Shown here: positions 1-11,739 of the stretch, piece by piece
Layout of the letters: each line of letters opens with the position of its first letter
Position numbering within the stretch: the first letter of the stretch is position 1
Source of the DNA: Paraspadella gotoi
Lineage: Eukaryota > Animalia > Chaetognatha
DNA: 64,000 bases
Reading direction: 5' to 3'
Assembly: GCA_051294375.1 (NCBI GenBank)
Contig: CM119268.1
Coordinates: forward strand, 5,645,559-5,709,558
The notes under the pieces: generated by a model
Told to the model about the DNA's origin: nothing
Seen by the model: only the letters and a program-made list of their open reading frames with translations
Databases searched by the model: none
Program-made: the position numbers and the translations under genes

Positions 1-216
<216 letters not shown>

Positions 217-239
217 AAGAAGCAACCTAAAACATTATA

Positions 240-269
240 GAGCCTGACCGGCTTCGCCGGTCAAGGCTC
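240..269. other. GC-rich hairpin: GAGCCTGACCGGC-TTC-GCCGGTCAAGGCTC
   Basis: 13-bp stem with one bulged A and a 3-nt loop, about 23 nt after the (GAC)n tract. Noisier inverted copies at 17772-17804 and 40283-40312. Confidence 0.85.
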
Positions 270-340
270 GATAATAAGCGAAAGAGAGACGAAAAAGTCA
301 AAAGACAGAAACTTTTCAAATTGGAAGAATGTTACCAAAG

Positions 341-440
341 CTTTAAATCTTTAAAAATCTTTAATCATTTAATTTTAATCTTTAATCTTTAATCTTTAAT
401 CTCTAAAAAAATCTTTAAAAAATCTTTTACAAATCTTTAA
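341..440 (+). repeat. Degenerate (TTTAATC)n / TTTAAAAATC tandem repeat
   Basis: The cleanest copy is the inverted (GATTAAA)n run at about 41585-41695. Confidence 0.85.
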
Positions 441-660
441 CAGGGAGAGAGTTTTTCCGGTTGGCACTCCATTTCCGATGTAGTTTAAAGAATCCAGTTT
501 GCAGTCGAATGGAGATCTTTGGGGAGTGACATCCCAGGGCAAAGTGGGTGTTCTGCGGGTCAAGGAGAAGTTGGACAAAAGGGTCCTGGTTGAAATTTGA
601 GTAAAGAATTTTGGGCCGAGGAGACTTGTCGATGACTGATGAGGCCAATGAGTGAATGAG

Positions 661-693
<33 letters not shown>

Positions 694-989
694 AACATTA
701 CATTAAGAGTAGATCTTATTTTAGTTCAAGTCAGAATCGTGTTTAATTCGACAGACGGACAAACGGACTGAAAACAGACGGACGGAGGAACGGAAAGAGG
801 TTGAAACAAAACAAATTAACAAAAGGCTGAGTGAGAGATTTCAAATTTCTTAAAATAGTTACCATAGTCCATTTATGATTTTACAAAAAATGTAAATTGA
901 CACCAATGTTTACATCTCTCTCTCACTCTTTCCCTCCTTCCATCTTCTTTTCTTTTCTAGCCGCGCGCGCTCGGGTCGGCGCGCGAGAC

Positions 990-1050
<61 letters not shown>

Positions 1051-2307
1051 GGAGAGAGAGAGAGAAGGACGCCGAAAAGGAGGAAAATCCTCCCGCGCTT
1101 CTTTTCCAGCTTTCGCGCGAATTCTCGACTTCCGGTTTATCGCGATTCGCGGCTTCGATAGATTTTGTCGGAGACAGAATATTTTTATTATTTGTCCGTA
1201 AATAGATCGCCGATGAATTGATCTCTTCTCTCTCTCTCTCTCTCTCTCTCTTTTCCTCTCTCTCCTCTCCCTCTCTCTCTTCTCTCTCTCTCTCTTCTTC
1301 ATCTCTCTCTCTCCCGTCCTCCCCTCTCTCGACTCCTTGAAATCGTGAACTATGACTTCGTTAAATTCGAATGGATCTAATCGAACTTCGTTAAATCCGT
1401 ATGTCACTTAATCGAACATTCGCTCCACGGAAAGCGGCTTTTTCTAATCAATACACTCTCACCAATGGGCGCGAAACTTTTGAATCAATTCAAAAGATAA
1501 ATCAAATTTATTTGGAGAATTTTTTCCGCATAAATCAAAATAATCTTTTTCCCCGTATTAAATCGCATCGCCCCCCATAAATCCGATTTAAAAAAAAGTT
1601 AAACCCGGAGCATCTAGCTGTCTAACAGTGGTTAAAAAATTTAAAAAAAAAAAAAAATAGTTTAAGAATAAGATCAGATGCAAAAAATTATTTCTATCAC
1701 AATTCGTTTATACGATCTAGTGTTGTCAATACAAGTGGTCATTTTGTTTTTTAATTTAATTTTCTTTTTTCAGTTAAAATATATAATTTGAGATTTTAAA
1801 AAAATAAAATTCTTTCTTTAAACATTTTATTTTTAATGTTTTGTACAGAAAACGAAAGTTGTAAAAAACAACTTAGATTGATTTAAGAAAAAAAAAGCTC
1901 AAACTTTAAGATAAGGAATGTCAATAGTTTTTAAGTGTAATAATATTACGAGAAATATGTCATAGAGAAAACAGATAACACATGATCACTTTCTTTCGCT
2001 TTTTTTCTATTCTTCTCTCTCTTTTCTCGGTCTCAACAACAGTTGAGTCCCTAATAACGCTCTGTCTCTCCATTAGAGCATGAAGTCCGCCGCGACAAAC
2101 TCTCTACTCCTCTCTCTCTCTCTCTCTCCTCTCTCTCTTTCTCTCTCCTCTCGTCTCTCTCATCCTACTCTCTCTTCTCTCTCTCTCTCTCTCTCGATGA
2201 AACTACTTTAACTGCCGCGCTCAGTCCGCACCCGACGGTCAGCGTGGGGTGACATTGATTTAATCTCTTTTCGTCGCCCTCGCTTCTCCCTCCCTTCTCC
2301 TTCCTCT

Positions 2308-2345
<38 letters not shown>

Positions 2346-2460
2346 CCCTCTCCCTCTTTCTCTCATTTTGTGCCACGGAATCGCTTCGAATTTTCCCTTC
2401 GTTTTCGCTTTGGTTTTGGTTAGATTCGCCTTAAAATCGCCTCATGACTTTTCTGGCGGG

Positions 2461-2504
<44 letters not shown>

Positions 2505-2650
2505 CGAGAGAGATTGAAGGGAGGAGAGAGAGAGAAGAGAGAGAGAGAGAGGAGAAGGAGAGAGAGAGAGAAGAGAGAAGAAAGAACACAGAGAGAGAAA
2601 CAGAGAGAGGAGAGAGAGAGAGAGAGAGAGAGACACAGAGAGAGCAAGGA

Positions 2651-2681
<31 letters not shown>

Positions 2682-3198
2682 AGATGAATAAATTGATTAA
2701 AACAATGTATTAGGAATTACAAATACTAAGACAAATAGACAAAGACAAAAACTCAAATGAAAACCCATGCATATATAAACATGTCGGAGTTTTTGTTATA
2801 AACTGAAAACGATAAAACAACAACAAGGGAATCTCTTGAGAAAAACCAAGGAAATAATATCGAAAGAAAAACCAAAAAAAAAAAAATCCAAATTCCCAAA
2901 ATCCGCTTCTTTTTTCTGCTTTGGGTGTTGACAAAATTTTTTTTTCCATTTTTGATCTTTCTTCTTCAATTTCTTTTTTGCTTTAATTTCGGCTCTAAAT
3001 TTGTCTGCCTCCATCGTCATCGTCGTTGTCGTCGTCGTCATAACCGTCGTTGTCGTTTATTGTCGCACATTTTTCAAATAGAAAACAAATTTGTCTGATT
3101 CGTTCGTTCGTATCTTCGTCGTCGTCGTCTTCGTCATCGTCTACTAGGGTTTGGGATTGTGGCGGGATTGACCTTTTTCCCCGTCGTCGTCGTCCGTC

Positions 3199-3230
<32 letters not shown>

Positions 3231-5151
3231 TCTTCTGTCTTGAAATTATCTTCATCGCAAACAAAATTTTTTTCGTCCCACAAAATATTTTTTTCTTCTT
3301 ATTTCTGTCGTCGTCGTCATCATCATCATCATCATCGTCAGCATCATCACAATCATCAATCATCATCATCAGTGTCATCAGCGTCATCTCTTGTATCCAT
3401 CATCCATATCTTATTCTCGTCAATGACGTTTTATTTCTACAAAAATTATCATCAACAACATCATTGTTGTTCATCATTATCTTTCCTAATGTTTTAGGTT
3501 CAATCTATACCAGTCATCAATTCGGTCATAATTGATGTCATCTCGTCGTCAGCGTCACGGTCGTTATTATCATCATCGTCGCTGTCATCTTTCTCCTCAC
3601 TGTCATCTTCTTCATCATCGTCGTCGTCCATTTTTTCTTTCCAAAATCGACACATGTTTCTGGTTTTTACGCTTCGTTTGGATCAAGAAGAATGTGGAGC
3701 TCAAAAGTTCATAGATGAGGGCATAAAAACAGAGACGTTTGTGTCATTAACATCTAATCATCATCATCATCGATATCATCGATTCATAATCTACATCATC
3801 ATTTTTATCATTATATCAATTAATCGTAATCATAATAATTAAAAATGCCTCATTTTTTGTTGTAATTTAAATTTTTTATCCTCTTCTTCCCTCCTTTTCG
3901 TTGAATTAGTCGTGATCAGTGACGAAAAAACCTACAAAACATCCTTCGGATCAAATTAACTAATTTATTAATTTAAATTATTATGAAATTGGTAACAAAC
4001 CAATATAAAAATTATCCATTCATTTAATATAAGCTATCCTTGTCCCTGATTTGGACAGGCTTTGGTGGTTTTAGGCCTCCATCACACTACTTACAAGATA
4101 ATAACAAAGCAGGTTTCTGCAAGCTTTCAATCAAAGACTCTCTCACAGTCTTATTATTCACTCCCAGTGAACCTTGCTTCCCTATCCATGAAGTGGTATA
4201 ATATTTCAAAGAATATTTTTTATTTATTGTAATTAAACAATAAAAAGGAAACAATCGCGCGAGAAATTAACGCCGCGGCATCTCTGGAGGGGCTTTCCTT
4301 ACATTGACCTATTCGGGCGAGAGCCGAGCTGGTCTTATTACCCAGCTATTCAACCAGCAAGGAGGTCAGCTAGGTAAGGAACTAAGGAGCAACATCGCAG
4401 AGACACAGGTTTCCGATTCTGGAAGGTTAAGTTTCTCTTTTTATCTAGAGAGCTTTCTGCCCCACCCAAAATTTTGGTTGACTTGGATACTTATCAAGCC
4501 TTTGGTCCAATTAGTTTGGACATGAAAGGACCGTGTTTTCGAGAATGTTTGCTTATTGATATAGTCAGTTCGCCGGCATTCAATCGATCAGTTTACATGT
4601 TTCAACGAGAGATTTTTAACTTTTAAAAAATTTAGCGATTAGTTGGTATAACGAAGATGTAAATGAGATAGAGAAATTAAATGGTTAATTTGTAATTGTT
4701 TCATGTTTTACTTTTTATTTTTTCTTAAATTTAGATTCCGAGACCTATAATTAGGGGTGGCCTATCACAGAATTTCAATTTAGCATTATCAATAATAAGT
4801 AGAATACTTACGCCTAATTTTACGCCGACAATGAAATAATTATAATATATATATTATATTTTTCTCTTTCACTTGCTTTTTCTCTCTTTTTCTCTTCTTT
4901 CTTCTACCTTTTCCTTTACTTTCTTCCTCTCCTTCCTCGTAAATCTTCTTCTTCTTCCCTCATCTCCTTCCCCCTTTTCGCCACCTTTTCTGACGTCCGA
5001 GTTTCGAATTTTGGCGCCAACTCGAAGTGCACCTAACGCCTCGCGAGTTTCGGCATCTGCGTGGGCACCTCCACTGCCGTTACGCCCTGGTTGCACCTGA
5101 AAATCTCATATCCTTTGTTTGTAATGATTCAGACTTTTAATATTGCTTCCT

Positions 5152-5189
5152 TATTATTTTTATTATTATTATTATTATTATTATATTTA

Positions 5190-5282
<93 letters not shown>
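5152..5282 (+). repeat. (ATT)n microsatellite
   Basis: Directly visible; present in every arm copy that covers this position. Confidence 0.95.
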
Positions 5283-5284
<2 letters not shown>

Positions 5285-5397
5285 TTAAAGCCTTGAGGTC
5301 ATTTTTTTCCATCCGATCGGCCGACCGACTGACCGACCAAACGTGTAGGTTGGAAGAGAAGAAAAAAAAAAGAAAACCAACAAGCGAAACGATAGAT

Positions 5398-5543
5398 CGA
5401 TACGAACGAACGAACGAACGAACGAACGAACGAACGAACGACGACGACCGACCCGACCGAACGACCGAACGACGAACGAACGAACGAACGAACGAACGAA
5501 CGAACGAACGAACGACGAACGAACGAACAACGAACGAACGAAC
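5398..5543 (+). repeat. (GAAC)n microsatellite
   Basis: Directly visible; inverted (GTTC)n at 12618-12750, 34896-35025 and 48550-48690. Confidence 0.95.
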
Positions 5544-6454
5544 CGAGCACATCTCGTCACACACCCAATACATTTCTCGTGGATTTCTGGTATATTTCAG
5601 TTCACAAAAACAAAACATTTTTTTTTCTTTCCGACAGTTCACGAGGCGGACATAAGAAACCATGGTAAAAAAACAATATAAAAAAAAACACTTAATAACT
5701 AAAAACAATAAAATGAATAAATCATGAAAAGTATAAAGCGAAGCATCTCATCTTAACAAAAGTTTACGTTAGAAGAAGAAAAAGTTTGGCTTAAAAAAAG
5801 AAAACAGAACAAAAATTAAAAAAACAAAAACAGAAAAAAACTTTTTTTAAAATTTGCCGGAAATTTTGAAAAAAGGTGAGTTGGTTTTTTTTTTCTTTTA
5901 AAACGTTTTTTTTTTTCTGTTTTTTTCTTTTTTTTTTCCCGTTTTTTCTATTTTTTTTTCGCGAGTATAAAATAAACCTCAGAAACACATTTTCCATTTC
6001 TTTTAACGATACGGTGACGACGACGCGAACGACGCCACGACGATAAAGAAGATGATGATGGTTATATGATGGTGATATGATGATGATGAAGGCAATGACG
6101 ATGATAGAAGATGATGACGTTATTATGGTGATTATGACGACAATGAATGATGATGATGATAAATAACGATGATGATTCTTATGTATTATAACGATAATCA
6201 AATGTGAAAAGAAATGACGAGTAAGATTCTTTTCTTTCTTCCGGAGTCGAAGTCTTGATATTTTCTCGTCACACGTCAACTCATCAAAGGAATTTCCAAT
6301 TAAAAATTTCGCGCGAATCGAAAATCGAAACTTATTCACATCAACCTATCGCTGAACTTATCGCTCAACAGTAAGCGAATCATAATTAATCCGCATAAAA
6401 AATTATCCCTCCACCTCTTTCTCTGTTCAGACTTTTAAATACGAAGAGAGAGAG

Positions 6455-6503
<49 letters not shown>

Positions 6504-6518
6504 AGAGAGAGAGAGAGA

Positions 6519-6552
<34 letters not shown>

Positions 6553-6679
6553 ATTGGAGTGAGAGTGGGCGTGACATCACATTGAAAGTGGGCGTGGCCC
6601 CCCGTGAAAGTAGGCGTGGTTCCGTCGTCGGCGGAATCCTCGTGAAAACCACCTTTTACGATTCTGTGAGAATTCTCTC

Positions 6680-6787
6680 GCTTTCTTTCTTTCTTTCTTG
6701 CTTGCTTGCTTGCTTGCTTGCTTTTTTTCTTGCTTGCTTTCTTTCTTTCTTTCTTCTTTCTTTCTTTCTTTCTCTTTCTTTCTTTCT

Positions 6788-6831
<44 letters not shown>

Positions 6832-6985
6832 TTTTTTCTTTCTATCTTTCTTTCTTTCTTCTTTTTTTTTTTTCTTTCTATTCCTTTCTCATTCTCTTTT
6901 CTTCTTTCTTTCTTTCTTCTCTTTCTTTCTTTCTTTCTTTCTTTTCCTTTCTTTCTTTCTTTCTTTCTTTTCTTTCTTTCTCTCT
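6680..6985 (+). repeat. (TTTC)n/(TTGC)n compound microsatellite
   Basis: Directly visible. Confidence 0.93.
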
Positions 6986-9418
6986 GGATTACACCACTCA
7001 AATTCACCAAGAGAACTGCAGCTGAAGGCAGAAACACAAAAAAAATATCTTCTTTCTATTTCGGTGAGAAAATTTGATGCTCAGCAACTCACAGATTTAC
7101 GTATTCACTAAATTTTGACAAACTATTTATTTTACAAAGTTCTTAAATTCATTACAACGGAATAAAGTAAGAAATCAGTAGGCAGAGGTGGTCGAGATAT
7201 AAAAAAATTGGAAGCAAATAAGATAAATCAACTTATTTAGAGAATATTAAAAAAAATTGTTTAATTTGTAAACAATACTAAATGGAATTTCACACTTAAG
7301 GTAAAGTTTGAACAAATAAAATAAATTAATTTTTTTTTCGAGCATCGTAAGATGTTTAAGAAATTCGATGAGCTGATTTTTTATTTTCTTTCTGACTTCA
7401 TGGAGACTCAAGATTTCACTCGGTTATTCGTAGCTGTGTCTCTCTTTTATTACATTCGACGCTATTTCGTTCGTTATATTTACAAAAGTTTTTTGCTAAT
7501 ATTTATTGTCGCCGCGGTTGTCCTCATCGCTGTTGTCGTTGTTGTCGTTGTTGATCGTCCTCGTCGTAACTCCCGCTGGTGATGCCCCGGTTCTTCTCGA
7601 TGTCAATGTTGTTTGTTGTCGTTTGTTGTTGTTGTTGTTGTGGATATCGTCGCGTCGCGTCTCGTCGTCTGTGTTGTTCCCATGTTTTTTTTTTTCGTCT
7701 CCACCTTTATTCGGTGGGAGTTCCTCGAGATGAGCAGAAGAATAGCGCGAGGGGAGGAAAGGAAAGAAGAAAGAGAAAGTAGGAAAGAAAAAGAGAGGAA
7801 AGGAAAGAGAAGAGGAGGAAAGGAAAGTGAAAGGAAATAGAAAGAGAAAAGAAAGATAAAATGGAGAAGAGGAAAAATAAAATCAGAAGGAAAGAGATGA
7901 AGGAAAAGTGAGAGGCAACGGAAGACAGAGAGAAGAGGGAGGAGAATTAGAAAGGTAAGATATTAAGATGAACCAAAGAAAAGAAAAGAAGGAAGAACAT
8001 AAAAAAAAGAAAAAATTAGAGATGGAAGATATGAAGATGAACCAAAGGAAGAATAGAAGGAAGAGAGAAGAAAGAGTAAAAAAGAGAAGAAAATAGAAAA
8101 AAAAGAGCGAGAAAATGATAGGATACTGGAAGAGAAGTTAGAATATGAAAATAAATTAGAGATAAGAAAACGTGAGAAGGAAAAAAGAAAAAGAAGTAAA
8201 AAGTCAAACGAGAATCGTTGTTGTTGTTGTCCTCGTTCTGCCGTCGCCAGAGATACCGAGGTCTCACTGAAAACCCGTAAGGTTTCGCTATGTCGTCGTC
8301 TTGTCGAAGAAAAGAAGGTCATAACTTGTCCAGTAGAGTGAAGCACTGGGGAACATACTTTGTCCAGTGTCTAAACTTCAAATTGAGGGACTGAGGAGGA
8401 AAGAGCTCTTTTATTAATTGTAGGTGTGAAAGAAGTGATAAAGTAAGTGTGAGATTGGAAGTGAATGCGGGAGAGAGTTTCCGAAGATGTGATTCGTAGA
8501 AAAGGTGTGAAAGTTGCGAAAAAGAAGGAAGACGTAATTGCAATGGAGACACGACGACGACGACGATGACTACGACGACGACGGCTCCAATGAAGACATT
8601 GAGGACGACGTGTACAACGACGACAATGAGGATGACATTAAAACGACGACGACAATGAGGACGACGACTACGAAGACGCAATCGCAATAAATTGAATCTC
8701 ATAAACTGAATCGTGAAAAAAAAGGAACAAGTTACATCGACAGCTTCGCCGCCCCACTTCTCTTCTGGCCCCGTGTCATAAAAACTACTATCATGGTTAC
8801 AAGATAAGGATCTATAAAATTACAATATCTGTGATTTAGATCAGGAAAGTATATTCTGTTCGTTGAAAGTGTATATTTCTTGTTGACATTAGAATTAATT
8901 TCCTCATGAGGTTATTTTCGAAAAGTTTCTCAGCAGTAGCAAAGTGAAAAATACACGATTTGAGAGAGAAAAGTAAATTTTGAGAGAAACACAGAGATTA
9001 AAAAGCGGAAAGAGGTTCAAAATAATAATAATAAAAATAATATTGGATAAAATAAGACTCTCTCAGTCTCGTTTTATTCACTCCCAGAGTACCTGGCTTC
9101 CCTATCAATGAAGTGGTATAATATTTCAAAGAATGTTTTCAATTGTAAGAAAAGACCACTCCGATATTGTTCTCCAATCATTGAATCAAATAACCAAATT
9201 GAATTTTTTTTTCCAGACCAATTCCATCCTTTATCCAACCACCGATCTCAAAAAACCCATTGCAAAATAAAATCCCTGACCACCATCTGCAACGATCAAC
9301 GCTGATTCAAAGTCGATAGAACCGGCGAAATCTCGAGAGATGGAATTCGAAAATCTGAAGGAAAGGAAAAACGAGGAAAGAGATCATTTGTAGATTAAAG
9401 GAAAACGATCAGGTTCTT

Positions 9419-9501
9419 GACGACGACGACGACGATGACGAAAGACGACGACGACGATGCGATTAAGAGAAGATAATGACAAAGACGACTATCATGATGA
9501 A

Positions 9502-9534
<33 letters not shown>

Positions 9535-9657
9535 GTTGTGATTATGAAGAAGATTAAATGACGAAAGAAGACTATGATGATGAGATGACGACGATGACGA
9601 AGACGACGACGACGACGAAGTTGTGATTATGAAGAACATAATGTCAGAGAAGACTAG

Positions 9658-9690
<33 letters not shown>

Positions 9691-9863
9691 CGACGACGAA
9701 GACGATGAGAATGATGCTAGCGAAGAATATGATCACGACAAAGACTACGACGACGACGACGATGACGAAGACAAAGAAAGGCGACGATGATGAAAACGAC
9801 GACGACGATGCAGCAATATCAAACATGAGCAACTCACAAATTGGTGTCACAAAATTTCTATGA
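9419..9863 (+). repeat. GAC/GAT-rich tract with about three imperfect 80-90 bp units
   Basis: The unit 'gacgac..tgYgattaWgaagaaNataatgWc..gaagactatgatgatga' recurs at about 9455, 9535 and 9620. Copy at 31708-32153. Confidence 0.75.
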
Positions 9864-9917
9864 TAAAACCTCATAAAATTTCATGAAAAATTTTCTGAAT
9901 CTGGCCTCTCTGCTCTG

Positions 9918-9994
<77 letters not shown>

Positions 9995-11544
9995 TGCTCA
10001 AGAGAGGGCGGATTAAAATTCGGCGGAGTCTCCGACGCTGTCGACTTAGAGAAGAAGAGAGGAGAGAAGAAAGAAAAGAAAAGAGAGAGAGAGAAAAGAA
10101 GAAGAGAGAGAAAGAAAAAAATAAGAAAAAGCAAAAGAAAAAAGATAAAGAAGAAGAGAAAGAAAAAAGTAAGAAAAAGGCAAAAAGAAAAGAAGAAGAG
10201 AAGAAGAAAAAAGAATAAAAAAAAAAGGCAAAAAGAAAAAGAATAAAAAAGAAATAAGCAAAAAGAAAGAAAAAAGAAAAGAAAGAAAGAAGAAGAGAAT
10301 TAGAAAAAAAGCAAAGGGCAAAATGAAAAGAAGAAAAAAAAATAAGCAAAAGAAAAAAAAAAAATGAAAAAAAAAAAAAAGAGGAAAAGAAAAATGGAAA
10401 AAAAGGAGAAGAAAAAAAAAAAAAGAAAAAAAGAAAAAAAAGAGAAAAGAAGAAAGAATGGAAGAATGAAAAAGATAAAAAGAAAAAAAGGAAAGACTAA
10501 AGTATAAAAAATAAAATGACTAAAAAACTAAAGTGACCATTTTAGCTCATAGCAAATCAAATAATATTAACAATTGACAAAGCGTTCAACTACTTATGTC
10601 CACGAATTCCAAATAATTACATAATTTGTGAGAAAACAAAATCATTCAATCAAGACGAAAGAAAATCCTAACTCCCCCCTGCACCCCCCTTCCCTCAAAA
10701 TATCTTCCTACTCCTCTTTCTTTTTTTTTTCTTCCTCCGATTTCATCGCCTACATTTTCTGGGTCACTGGGTCCAACAGGATCCATAAATCTGCAATTGC
10801 AATCCGGTCGCGGATTCTCTAGTCACGTGACAACCAAGTTGGCCTTTCGGGGATTTCTGGCGTCGCCGAAGCCACTGATGCGTTTGATTTCGTCCATGAG
10901 CGGATTGGCGTTGATCTTCCGGGGAAATTGTCGCCGTCGAAGGAGGCAAAAGTCATTGGCCACATGGAATAAGTAGCCGTTTCAACTGATTTACTTGAGT
11001 CAAAATAATTCTAAGTAACTCGAGAGATTTTATCCAAAAAAGATTTCAAGTTGCCAAAGTCGCGTAAAAAAAAAAGAGGCAATGGCATCAATCATTCATT
11101 AGATTTCAGGCTTCATTGCTTCCCGTCAATGACGTAAATAAAAGAAAAAAAGTGGCAACGAGGACGGCCTCCGTCTTTCGGGGATTTCTGGCGACGCCTA
11201 GGCATTGATGGCTTTTCTGGCGTCGATGAAGGACGGAAACGACAAGAGAAAAAAGCGTCGAGGCCGTAAAAACCGGAAGCGAAAGAGACGCAAGGGAACT
11301 TGGGTTTTTTTTGTGTGTGGATGTGGAGGAAAGGGTCGGCCTTGTCTTTGCCATTTTATTCTTACGTCGTCGTCGTCGTTTGTCATGGTCCGTTGTTGTT
11401 GTCGTATCGTTGTTGTCATCGTTGTCGTCCTTGGTCGTCATTGTAATTTAGCGTCCAACTAAATCGATCATATTGTTTATCAATGTCGTTTTCGAATTTT
11501 TGATTTTTCCGATGTTTTTCGCACGAATCCTTTGTTTTTTAATA

Positions 11545-11591
11545 TCTCTCTCTCTCTCTCCTAATCTCTCTCTCTCTCTCTCTCTCTCCCT

Positions 11592-11660
<69 letters not shown>

Positions 11661-11661
11661 C

Positions 11662-11696
<35 letters not shown>

Positions 11697-11703
11697 CCTC
11701 TCT

Positions 11704-11739
<36 letters not shown>

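Larger units (their letters stand above)
6553..11544 (+). repeat. Central spacer S between the inverted arms, copy 1
   Basis: Has no inverted mate and is bounded by the (GA)n/(CT)n inner arm ends. Direct copy at 28895-33841. Confidence 0.9.

Noticed and set aside
1460-1485. CCAAT plus E2F/CHR cell-cycle promoter
   Set aside because: The motif appears only in this noisy copy; the cleaner copy at about 23678 reads 'accaatcgcgactgaatc'.
4040-4300. Ciliate-type genetic code (TAA/TAG = Gln) lengthening frames
   Set aside because: In AT-rich DNA this lengthens frames by chance, TGA stops remain in other islands, and no conserved protein is available to test it.
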